A stretch of DNA of 64,000 nucleotides from the IMG/VR virus record IMGVR_UViG_3300032219_001867, positions 1 through 64,000 of that record; one strand, written 5' to 3'. The stretch is from a virus (taxonomy: Duplodnaviria; Caudoviricetes). The position numbers and the translations under genes were made by a program. The notes beneath the pieces are model-generated. The model ran no database searches, was not told the DNA's origin, and saw only the letters and a program-made list of their open reading frames with translations. Shown here piece by piece: positions 55,789 through 64,000 of this stretch (its first letter is position 1; each line of letters starts with the position of its first letter).

Positions 55789-57621
55789 TTAGTTAGAGAA
55801 AGAAGACCAACTACCGCTGAACTTTTGAGCAATAGTAATGGGTGTCCAGGTTGGGTTAGAAGGCGTCGGACCCACTGTGTATGCCCCGCTAATTGTCAAA
55901 GCTCCGTCCTCAATGTTGAGCCCTAAATCAAAATACGTAGTGTCTACAAGGGTAATTGCTACGGAAGTTTGATTTAGGGACGTGTATGGAGCGGAAATTC
56001 CGGTTATGGTAACGACGTCACCTATAGCAAGCCCGTGCCCAGACGCAACCGTGTACCTAGCAATGTTGTTATTTGTGTTGCCGTTAAAGCCGGTTATTGC
56101 CCCCGATTTTGTAGGTGTAATGGACGCTACGCGTTTACCGGTCAACATACGCGCCCAACCAGAAGCAGTACCCGTTGAGTTGGAATAAGTTCCTTGGGCA
56201 GTGCTTGTAATTACAAAAGAACTAGCAGTCGCTGATTTAATTGTTGCGTTGGTCAAGTTGTACGCGCCCGGATTTACTCCCGTAATAGTTACCGTATCGT
56301 TGGCTGAAAAGCTATTTGAAGCGGTGTAGGTGGCGTCTCCAGTAACGGTAGCTGTACCACTAATAGAGACAGTTCCTAGTCCGTCATTATTTGCATCCGT
56401 GCTAAACGAATTAACGCCAAAAACGCTAATATTTGTGTACGTTTGATTTAGGTACGCATAGGGGGCTGCAATTCCAGAGACGATTACGGTCTGTCCAGTA
56501 GAAAACCCGTGAGCAGCGCTAGTTGTAAAATCAGTATTAAACTCCCCTCCAAAAACGCTAGTTATTGTTTTGACGTTTGTAGTGGTTGTAACGTTAGTAA
56601 TTGAGCCAGAGGTAGCGTAACGGCGTCCATAAGCGGCAATAAATGTCGAAGCACTGGCGCTGTAAGGGGAAGTGACAGACGCGGAGTTTACGTACTTTGC
56701 CCTAAAGTAGTACGTATTACCAGGAAGTAGTCCTGTAATAGAGTTGCTTCCGACACCAGCAGACGACTTAGTTGAGAAGGTAGCAAAAGCAGAGTCTGTA
56801 CTGTAGTCAATGGCGTAGCCAGTTGTAGCGTTAATGGTAGAGCCACCATTACTTGCGGGAGCCGCAAGAACAACGGTTGCAGTTGTTCCCACAGATGTCG
56901 CGGAGGTAATAGAAGGAGCAGCGTAAGCAACCGCGCTTGGAGAAAACGGTCCTGTTCCCTCTGAGTTGATAGCTCTAGTTTGGAAGTAGTAAACCAATGC
57001 AGGATTTGTGCCAGTAAAATTGGGAAAACTAGCGCTGCTTGTTCCTGTTACGGTTGTCCACGATGCCCCATTATCGTTATTCCATCGGTAGTCATACTGG
57101 GTAGTAGCTGTCGTTGCAACGGCGTAACTAGCAGCAGCTTGTGACGTAATAGATATTGTTCCGCCAGTACCGGTTCGTCCAAGGGTAGGTCCAGAAGCGG
57201 GAGCTAATGGAGGACGGCTAAAGTCGTCGAGTGTGGCAGTAATGGTGTATGAAACATTTTTTGGTAGGAAAGACTCGGTATTATCGGTATCGTCAAAAGT
57301 AGCGTTAATTGAAATGGCTTTACTACCATTAGTAGTGTGGGTAACCACCGTGCTTCCAGTGGCAAACTGGCGGTCAACGCCGTCAGTAATCCAATCAAAA
57401 AGTTTTGCACTACCGCTAACAAGTAGAACTCCGTTAACGGTAAGAGTCCACGCACAGGTATACCCGCTAAAGCCTCCCGCGCCATTGGACCTCAAGTACG
57501 CCGTGGCAGTAACCGTGCTGGTATTGTTGCTTATGTTATGACTTGACGTGCTCCAAATAATTCTTATATCGTAGTAGCTATTCCCCGCAGAGGTATAGCC
57601 AACAACATCGCCACTAGCCAT
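55789..57621 (-). CDS. fibre/decoration protein with fibronectin type III domains
   Basis: N.S.V.....L N-domain; YYFQTRA.NS.G.GP.S; P.SNGGS.I..Y; L.PG..YYFR. Confidence 0.75.
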   Translation of the reverse strand: MASGDVVGYTSAGNSYYDIRIIWSTSSHNISNNTSTVTATAYLRSNGAGGFSGYTCAWTLTVNGVLLVSGSAKLFDWITDGVDRQFATGSTVVTHTTNGSKAISINATFDDTDNTESFLPKNVSYTITATLDDFSRPPLAPASGPTLGRTGTGGTISITSQAAASYAVATTATTQYDYRWNNDNGASWTTVTGTSSASFPNFTGTNPALVYYFQTRAINSEGTGPFSPSAVAYAAPSITSATSVGTTATVVLAAPASNGGSTINATTGYAIDYSTDSAFATFSTKSSAGVGSNSITGLLPGNTYYFRAKYVNSASVTSPYSASASTFIAAYGRRYATSGSITNVTTTTNVKTITSVFGGEFNTDFTTSAAHGFSTGQTVIVSGIAAPYAYLNQTYTNISVFGVNSFSTDANNDGLGTVSISGTATVTGDATYTASNSFSANDTVTITGVNPGAYNLTNATIKSATASSFVITSTAQGTYSNSTGTASGWARMLTGKRVASITPTKSGAITGFNGNTNNNIARYTVASGHGLAIGDVVTITGISAPYTSLNQTSVAITLVDTTYFDLGLNIEDGALTISGAYTVGPTPSNPTWTPITIAQKFSGSWSSFSN

Positions 57622-57626
57622 TTAGC

Positions 57627-58637
57627 TCACCAGAACCAAACGTCGCCTACCGCAGGGGTATACCCAGAGATAAAGCCGTTACCTGCTGTGCCCGTAGGTT
57701 GGTATTGCTGGACAAATACGCGAAGAGTAGAACGCGCCCCCGCAAGCCCAGACCCAAGAGTTCCTGAACCGGGGTCAGCACCAAGACCACCGTTTGTAGC
57801 GGTTAGGAGCCCACTAACATCCGTAGCTGCGGCAAGGTCTACCTTACCGGAGCTCAGTGCCCCCGTAGACGCGTTAATCTTGACGATGACACTACCGGCA
57901 GAAGTAATACCTGAGAGCTTCACAGTGGCGCTAGAGGCGTCTAACGACCCTGAAACAACCGTCGTACCGCTGAGAGTCTTATTGCCCGTAACTGTTTGAG
58001 TACCGGCGATACCCACGTAGGTGCTCGCCGCAGTTGCAGCAGTAAGCAGTGATGTACCAGACTCGTTGGGCAAAGCAAGAGTGTAGCTTCCGCTTCCAGA
58101 ACCAGCGGTCACAGTTACTGTGCCACTACCCGAAGTATTAAAAATTGCGCTTGTATTGATTACTGGGGAAGTTAGGCTTGGACCAGTAGAAAACACCAGT
58201 TTGTTCGTTCCCGTTGCGTCACTAACTACCCCAAGGACGTCAGCAGAAGCAGTTGTTGCGTCAATGAATGTGGAGCTAAGTTTTGGTCGCCCCCACGTAG
58301 GAACGCCACCAGAAAGCAAAACCGTAGAACCAGTAGTGGCTACACCTACAGCCAAGAAGGTTGTAGTTCCAGCAGAACTCTGGTAAGGGATAGAGCCAGT
58401 ACCACCGCTGGCGAGGTTTGTTGCCGTAGTTGCCGCAGTGGCGCTATCGGCTTGAATAACCGCAACATTTTTAGCGTCCGCCCATGCCTGGACACTACCA
58501 CTGCTATTTCCAAACTTTAGCTTGCCAGTAGTGACATCAATGCCAATTTCACCGTATGCAAGGTTCTTGGTTCCGGTAGTCCAGTTTGTCGTAGTGTCAC
58601 GACGCAACCGAATGGTGCTAAAGCCTGAGTTAGCCAT
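57627..58637 (-). CDS. collar/fibre protein with Mtd/hyaluronidase-type N-terminal domain
   Basis: IRLRRDT..NW.....LA.GEIG....T.K.KFG; GDVW C-terminus. Confidence 0.7.
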   Translation of the reverse strand: MANSGFSTIRLRRDTTTNWTTGTKNLAYGEIGIDVTTGKLKFGNSSGSVQAWADAKNVAVIQADSATAATTATNLASGGTGSIPYQSSAGTTTFLAVGVATTGSTVLLSGGVPTWGRPKLSSTFIDATTASADVLGVVSDATGTNKLVFSTGPSLTSPVINTSAIFNTSGSGTVTVTAGSGSGSYTLALPNESGTSLLTAATAASTYVGIAGTQTVTGNKTLSGTTVVSGSLDASSATVKLSGITSAGSVIVKINASTGALSSGKVDLAAATDVSGLLTATNGGLGADPGSGTLGSGLAGARSTLRVFVQQYQPTGTAGNGFISGYTPAVGDVWFW

Positions 58638-58682
58638 AAAAACTCCTAAGTATCATTTCTATTTTGACTGGTTATGTGCCTT

Positions 58683-58838
58683 CTAGAGGCCCAAGTGTCC
58701 ATCGTTATCAGGAAAAGAACTATCAATAACGTCAAGGTCTACGTAAGCATCCGCAACCCAAGTATTTCCTGGCCTAGGAATGAGGAGTGCGACATCTTTT
58801 TCCATGAGGGGCTTACCAGCTGGCACGACAAAGGTCAC
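58683..58838 (-). CDS. 51-aa hypothetical protein
   Basis: Read by hand; GTGA overlap, GAGG RBS. Confidence 0.5.
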   Translation of the reverse strand: MTFVVPAGKPLMEKDVALLIPRPGNTWVADAYVDLDVIDSSFPDNDGHLGL

Positions 58839-60175
58839 AGGATTACCTCGCTTGACCTAACTGTGAATAGGTGGCTTTCGTAAATGACGAGGCTTTCATC
58901 GGTAAAGGGGTCAATGGTACGGATTTCCCACCATGTACGGTTTGCAAGGTAACGTGTTTGGTCCGCCGTTAGAGAAAGCGTAAATGTGTAGTTCTGGTTG
59001 GCATTTACGTCTACCGTTCCGGTGAGAGCACTCAACGCCAATACCGTAGTTGCGGTTCCCGTTACCGTAAACGTTGTAGCGGTAACTGCTGTAATCGTTC
59101 GTGTTCCGTTTACGGTTTCATGCACGTCAGTGATTACTACGGAAGTACCGACTGTAAGGTTGTGCGTTATGTTGGTAGTCAGCGTAATGGTTGTACTAGC
59201 TGCTGTTCGAGCCGCGTTTGTAATAGCAAAGTTGGGAAGGCTAGAGTTAACGTTAAGCTCAAAGCCCTGCACAATTTGCAAGGAGCCTCGTTGCAGCACA
59301 ACGTTTGCAACGAACGTCTTTCCTGCGTAATTTTTGGCTGTGAGTGTACGGTCAACAGTAAAGGCGCGTCCTTGGTAAGCCGTAAACTCTCCGTCTTCTG
59401 TGGGGAAAACCGTAGGTTCGTTGCCGTAAGTAGGTAGTGCCATACGTGCTCGTTGCGGGAACGAACGGTCGTCCACCTCTTGAGGCTTGTACACAGGTAC
59501 ATACCGATTCGTGGTTTTAGAAATTCTACGGAACGTAAATACGTCGATGCTGTACAGACCGACGCCCAGCATTACGCACAACTCGCGGTACTGCTGTTGG
59601 CGAGTCTGAATCATTTCCATAAGCTGGCGATAACGCTCAGAACGAGGAATGCTTACGCCGTCAGGAGCAGCGATGTCAATATCAAAAGACGCGTCGGTAG
59701 CAAGCGTGTAGAGCGCAAGGGTAGTTGCGTACACAGCCACGGGGTATTCATCCAACGTGGGTAAGTTTTCTACAGTAAATTTACGCCCAATAACGTCAAT
59801 TTGTTTTGCCGTGTGCTGCTCCACAGCGGTGCTCACAAGAGTGCTAAGTTCATTAGCCGTAAAATACCGGTAGTAAGTTCCGCTAACAGTAAAGGCTACG
59901 CCGCTTTTTGGTACTACGGTGCCACTGTTTACCAAGCTCGGAAACTCTGCATAAGTCAAATCAACCACAAGAGTTCCTGTTGATTCTTCTACTGAAGACT
60001 TAGACGTAATGTTAGTACCGTTGGCGTACACAGTAACGCCAGCCGCATCAAGCGGCGCGTAGTGCAAGCGGAAGCGGTTGGTGGTTCCATCAGAAACAAA
60101 CTGAGTAACAAAGGATTTTCCCAAGTCACCGAGTTCGATGCGAACCTTAGCTACCAAGCTGTTGATGTCAGCCAC
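58835..60175 (-). CDS. head-tail adaptor / neck protein
   Basis: L...VR.ELGD; YFT..EL; DGV.IPRS.RY.QL; downstream of the capsid gene. Confidence 0.7.
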   Translation of the reverse strand: MADINSLVAKVRIELGDLGKSFVTQFVSDGTTNRFRLHYAPLDAAGVTVYANGTNITSKSSVEESTGTLVVDLTYAEFPSLVNSGTVVPKSGVAFTVSGTYYRYFTANELSTLVSTAVEQHTAKQIDVIGRKFTVENLPTLDEYPVAVYATTLALYTLATDASFDIDIAAPDGVSIPRSERYRQLMEMIQTRQQQYRELCVMLGVGLYSIDVFTFRRISKTTNRYVPVYKPQEVDDRSFPQRARMALPTYGNEPTVFPTEDGEFTAYQGRAFTVDRTLTAKNYAGKTFVANVVLQRGSLQIVQGFELNVNSSLPNFAITNAARTAASTTITLTTNITHNLTVGTSVVITDVHETVNGTRTITAVTATTFTVTGTATTVLALSALTGTVDVNANQNYTFTLSLTADQTRYLANRTWWEIRTIDPFTDESLVIYESHLFTVRSSEVIL

Positions 60176-60240
60176 AAAGCCTCCGTAAAGTCTATAGTTC
60201 TATGTTCCCCGATTACGGGCGGAATTACAGCGCAAATAAG

Positions 60241-60280
60241 TCCGCCCTGCTGGGAGGAGGGCGAGAACCAGCAGGGCGGA
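60241..60280 (-). promoter_or_regulatory. 13-bp stem hairpin with anti-SD-like loop
   Basis: TCCGCCCTGCTGG/CCAGCAGGGCGGA; loop on the - strand reads TTCTCGCCCTCCTC. Confidence 0.55.
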
Positions 60281-60296
60281 CAGTACAGGGCTGACG

Positions 60297-60665
60297 TTAC
60301 TGACGCCAGATGTAACCCAGCGACTCAAGGTACTGAGCGAGGTCACGAGAAACGGAATACTTTACACCTTGCTTGAAAGTGTACGAGTTTCCGATGCCAT
60401 AAGTCATGTCTTCAATGTCGGCAATGGTGCGAATAATGACCTTGTCATTATTTACCGATACGCCAACTTCCTCAATCTCGTCAATGAGGATGGGCTGGTC
60501 GGGCTTCTTTGGGTCAAAGACTTGCGTCTCCAACTCGATGGCCTCTTGAGCACGTACAGTCGAAATCTCGTCTGCCCGCTCACGGAGAGCCTTTGCATTA
60601 GCTTTTGCTGCTTTTTCGGCAGCTGCCCCAGTTGCATCCTGAGGACTAGTTGGAAGGTTTGCCAC
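60297..60665 (-). CDS. head-associated protein
   Basis: 122 aa directly after the major capsid gene; strong RBS. Confidence 0.7.
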   Translation of the reverse strand: MANLPTSPQDATGAAAEKAAKANAKALRERADEISTVRAQEAIELETQVFDPKKPDQPILIDEIEEVGVSVNNDKVIIRTIADIEDMTYGIGNSYTFKQGVKYSVSRDLAQYLESLGYIWRQ

Positions 60666-60697
60666 GGTGTTTTTCTCCTTGTGTTGTAGTTTGTGTT

Positions 60698-60723
60698 GGG
60701 AGGGGGCCCGAAGACCCCCTCCC
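60698..60723 (-). terminator. UUCG-capped hairpin after the major capsid gene
   Basis: GGGAGGGGGTC-TTCG-GGCCCCCTCCC on the - strand; no U-tract, so possibly stabilising or a partial terminator. Confidence 0.6.
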
Positions 60724-60736
60724 TAAATAGCAGTCG

Positions 60737-61870
60737 TTAGTTGGTGTAAGCCTTAACGATAGCCTGGTCGGTGATGATACCGAGACCCCAGATGGAGTAC
60801 CATGCGAGGGCGTGCTCACGACCGAAGTCGAGAACGCCACCGTCACGGAGCTCAACCGGAAGGCTGATGGCGTGACCGAATGCGTTGTCACCAATCATGA
60901 TGGACTCGTACACGTCAGCCGAGTTACCGGTAGCCGAGGTAAGGTAACCAGCATCAGCCGTGTAGTCAGCCGACGCAGGGTTTCCACCCTGACCGGGGGC
61001 GGTGTTCGCCTTGACCGGAACGACAGCAGCGTTAGCAGGAACGCCAACGTTGGTCGAGGTGGTGTACGTGCCAGACGCAGCGAGCAACTTGACCTGAGTG
61101 GTCTCGATGAACACAACGTCGTAGAGGCGACCAATCTCACCAAGCATGAAGTTACCGGGGGCGGCGTACTTCGTGACTTCAATGAACTCCGGGTTTGAGC
61201 GGAGGTCACGAGACTGCTTGGGGTGAATGAACATGACGTAGGTCTCACCAATGCGGGGGATGTTCTTACCGGCGAGGGCAAGAGCAGCATCCTTGATGGT
61301 TCCCGTGGTCAGCTTGTGGTTACCGTCGAGGCTTGAGATAGCCGTACCAACCGTACCTTCAGCGTAGGTGTTGAAGGTGGTCGATGCCGAGAATCCCGAA
61401 CGGTCGTAACCGAAGACAGCCGAGGTGGCAGCCGACAGGGTGTTACGAGCCTGTACGTCGAGGTACTGAGCCATGTGGCGACCGAGAAGACGCGAAGCCG
61501 AAGCCATGATGTCGTCGAACGAGGCGTTCAGCAGCAGTTCGGAAACAGCAACTGCGTAGCCGTGCTCAGCAACGGTGATGGCAATCTGCTCAGCCGTCAG
61601 TGCGTTCGTAGTCATACGAACACCTTCGGTGAGGGGGGTCGGGTCAACCGAGAAGTTCTTGTAACGCAGGAAGTTCACGCGGAGACCGGGGGCAACACCA
61701 AGTTCCGTCTTCTTTACAGCGAACTGCTCGAAGCGGAGGATGGGCATTGCCTGGAACAGGATTTCCTTGGACCAAATGGTCTGGATTGCCTGTGAGAGCT
61801 GGCTATTGGAGCCAGAGTAAGCGGTAGGAGCAGAAGCAAGCTGCCCAGAACCGGTAATGGCAGAAGCCAT
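60737..61870 (-). CDS. major capsid protein (N4-gp56 family)
   Basis: F.RY.......PL.EGV, HP....DL, GEIG....V.FIET, DFGR...AWY. Confidence 0.92.
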   Translation of the reverse strand: MASAITGSGQLASAPTAYSGSNSQLSQAIQTIWSKEILFQAMPILRFEQFAVKKTELGVAPGLRVNFLRYKNFSVDPTPLTEGVRMTTNALTAEQIAITVAEHGYAVAVSELLLNASFDDIMASASRLLGRHMAQYLDVQARNTLSAATSAVFGYDRSGFSASTTFNTYAEGTVGTAISSLDGNHKLTTGTIKDAALALAGKNIPRIGETYVMFIHPKQSRDLRSNPEFIEVTKYAAPGNFMLGEIGRLYDVVFIETTQVKLLAASGTYTTSTNVGVPANAAVVPVKANTAPGQGGNPASADYTADAGYLTSATGNSADVYESIMIGDNAFGHAISLPVELRDGGVLDFGREHALAWYSIWGLGIITDQAIVKAYTN

Positions 61871-61906
61871 AATTTTCTCCTTAAAAGAGGGTTAGGGGGT
61901 TATGAA

Positions 61907-62674
61907 CTAACCGAACAATCCCTGACCGCGATTGGTACCTGCTGAACCGAGCAACTTGGCGCGGTTCTTTGCGTAATCAGATAGTGACATGTTCCTGAGG
62001 TCATCAGGAGATACCGAAATTTGGTCCGAATCATTATCGAGGGGTCCGTTTGCCGGAGACGTAATACGTGCTCCGACCATTTCCTTGCGAGTCTGCTGTG
62101 TTGCTTGAGTAGCAGACTCAAAAATTCGAGTTGACTTGTCCTTAAGCTGAGAAACACTCTGCTCAATTTCTTCAGGGGTGTTACCCTGAATAAGGTCAAT
62201 CAGCTCTGGAAGAATATTTTCGCGTTCCTGTTCTACACGCTGTTGGCGGTAAGCCGTCAGCTCCTGGTATTCGCGCTCACGCTCAAGAAGGGCAAAAGCA
62301 GACTCACGCTCAGCACGCTCACGTTCGAGCTGTGCATTAAACTCGTCTTCCTTAACCTTCAAAAGCTCTTTGAAGGACATTTCTTGCTCAGCTTCTTCGG
62401 CTTTCTTCTTAGCCGCTTCAGCTTCTCGTGCAGCACGCTGTGCCTTACGTTCGTTTTCCTTTGCAATTTGCTCTTCGCGCTCTTTCTTGAGAACGTTGAG
62501 CTCCTCTTTCATCTTCTCCATAGAAGAGTAGAGCTTATCCTTTTCCTGTGCACGCGCCTTCTGAATATCTTCGGCGGTATACTGGGGGGTAGGCAATACG
62601 TCCTCGGCAAGCTGAACGGGGGGTGCTGTGATGGGGTCGGCTGCTTCTGCAACCTCTGTGTTGATTTCCGACAT
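61907..62674 (-). CDS. capsid scaffolding protein
   Basis: Charged coiled coil between portal and capsid; start moved to ATG 62674 (AAGGAG). Confidence 0.8.
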   Translation of the reverse strand: MSEINTEVAEAADPITAPPVQLAEDVLPTPQYTAEDIQKARAQEKDKLYSSMEKMKEELNVLKKEREEQIAKENERKAQRAAREAEAAKKKAEEAEQEMSFKELLKVKEDEFNAQLERERAERESAFALLEREREYQELTAYRQQRVEQERENILPELIDLIQGNTPEEIEQSVSQLKDKSTRIFESATQATQQTRKEMVGARITSPANGPLDNDSDQISVSPDDLRNMSLSDYAKNRAKLLGSAGTNRGQGLFG

Positions 62675-62796
62675 GAAGTCTCCTTTTGTTCTCTTGGTCG
62701 TTTTCCGAATTAATGACACATGACCTTGTCTGTATAGAGCCAAACTACCTACTGAGTAGATAACTGTCTCTATAAACTATGATTTCAGGTAATTAT

Positions 62797-64000
62797 TTAG
62801 TTGTCCCTGTCAACTGCTCTACGAGATGGAAGCTTTGTTCCATACGCGTCAGTGACAAGCTTGTTTCGGATGGCTTGCTCGCCCTGCAACTCCGCCGTAT
62901 TGGCGTTCAAGTTGGGGTCGCCATTGGCTTCTTCACCGGGAGGGCCAAGAACACCATCTCCTAAGACATCTCCATTGCCTGTTAGCATGGGGTCCATAGG
63001 AGTAGCAGAGCCATCAGGACCGACCATCATTCCGGTCATGTCCATGATTTCTTTCTGTATTTGAACCTTAATGAGGTTCATCGCACCCTCAGCTTGAGCG
63101 TCATCGACAAGCTCGGAGCGGATTTCTTGCAGTTTTTCCTCGGGGAATTCTTCGCCCAAGGCACGGAGTGCGCCCTCCTTTGACTCCAGTCCCATTCCCA
63201 TCTTCTGCTGAATCTCGTTGAGCAAGACTAGCTTGTCGAGCGGGAGAGGCTGGGGAAAGTGTGCATAAGTCTGGTACGTAAGCGGGTCATTGGGGTCCAA
63301 CTGGTCAAGCTGGTCAGGCTTAATTGGGCCATCTGTATCTGCATTGTAGATAAATGTTTCAGGCTCTTTGATAGCCAGGTTGAGCATAATAATTTCATTA
63401 ATCTTCTCCAGTCCAGCGCCATACTGAGCTGTTTTCTGTGCCCAGCGGTTCATCAAAGGCTGGTACTGAATAGAGAGGGCCACACCAGAGGTGTTTGAAA
63501 TAGGCTGAACTTGACCCAGAGCGGTTTCAGGGATGTTCATTAGTTCGTGCATAGAAGTCTTCAGCATCGCCATGTACTGCATAGCGCCAGCAAGACCGGC
63601 AGAACCGCCTTCAAGGTTGAATACCTGCGAGTCCTTGGGCAAACCACCCCAGACCTTCTTAGCACCTTTTTCAAGGTTAGAAGCTTTAGCCCCAACAATT
63701 ACCGTGACTGGAGCAGCGTGATAGTTGATGATGTCGGCAACGTCAGTGGCTATTTCGTTGTACGACCGATTAAGCGTGATAATGTCGTGGGCGTCGGAGA
63801 GTCCCCACGGTGAGCCAGAAACAGGGATATTCGGGATGTGTACGACGGGAATTTCACCGAGCGGGTTAGGCCGCGAATCAATGAGCTCGTCGTTAATGTA
63901 CTCTTCAATGATGTCATCAGTCAGAATCTCCGTGTAAGTAAAAACTTGACGGGTTCCCTCAAGTGAGGTTCCCCAAAAACGATACTTTTGCTTAAATCGT
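62797..64000 (-). CDS. portal protein (SPP1 gp6-like), 5' end outside the window
   Basis: Frame is open to the window edge; PNPLGEIPVVH.PN...WG.SD, SGVAL...YQPL. Confidence 0.88.
   Translation of the reverse strand, partial: RFKQKYRFWGTSLEGTRQVFTYTEILTDDIIEEYINDELIDSRPNPLGEIPVVHIPNIPVSGSPWGLSDAHDIITLNRSYNEIATDVADIINYHAAPVTVIVGAKASNLEKGAKKVWGGLPKDSQVFNLEGGSAGLAGAMQYMAMLKTSMHELMNIPETALGQVQPISNTSGVALSIQYQPLMNRWAQKTAQYGAGLEKINEIIMLNLAIKEPETFIYNADTDGPIKPDQLDQLDPNDPLTYQTYAHFPQPLPLDKLVLLNEIQQKMGMGLESKEGALRALGEEFPEEKLQEIRSELVDDAQAEGAMNLIKVQIQKEIMDMTGMMVGPDGSATPMDPMLTGNGDVLGDGVLGPPGEEANGDPNLNANTAELQGEQAIRNKLVTDAYGTKLPSRRAVDRDN

Noticed and set aside
57627-58637. Mtd-like N-terminus suggesting a diversity-generating retroelement
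   Set aside because: No reverse transcriptase, no template/variable repeat pair and no C-type lectin C-terminus seen in the window.
62797-63642. Portal start at TTG 63642 as given in the track
   Set aside because: The frame stays open with portal motifs to the window edge, so the gene is truncated by the window.
1-64000. Stop-codon reassignment, introns or inteins
   Set aside because: Core genes are full length in the standard code, all three stop codons end genes, and PolA, DnaB and RecA have normal sizes.

Overview
The window is a 64-kb piece of a large tailed dsDNA phage with a contractile (myovirus-type) tail. The host is inferred to be an actinobacterium, from two WhiB genes and leaderless TANNNT promoters. 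Bases 1-9760 form a + strand arm of about 35 small acidic or Cys-rich accessory genes ending in HicA-like, WhiB and HTH genes. Everything from 9826 to the window end is on the - strand. In transcription order it carries: portal (truncated), scaffold, N4-gp56-type major capsid, neck and fibre genes, HNH, an array of tiny Lys-rich proteins, tail terminator, sheath, tube, chaperones, a tape measure with an M23 domain and baseplate genes. It then continues with a replication initiator containing iterons, DnaC-like loader, DnaB, primase, SNF2 helicase, SSB, PolA, RecA, two resolvases, a Cas4-like nuclease, WhiB, SpoVS, a block of orphan genes, and nucleotidyltransferase, HAD-like and TGT/DpdA-like genes. 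I saw no tRNA, rRNA, CRISPR array, integrase, terminase or endolysin. The most unusual observations are: (1) unrelated orphan proteins sharing a short N-terminal peptide tag conserved at the protein level; (2) an NTase/HAD/TGT-like trio with altered catalytic residues; (3) GATC apparently absent throughout and AGCT apparently absent only from the first ~10 kb; (4) twin early promoters with an identically spaced OmpR-family-type direct repeat; (5) a probable +1 shifty-stop frameshift in the tail chaperone; (6) a lambda-like origin inside the initiator gene. All calls come from motif recognition by eye; no searches were run.
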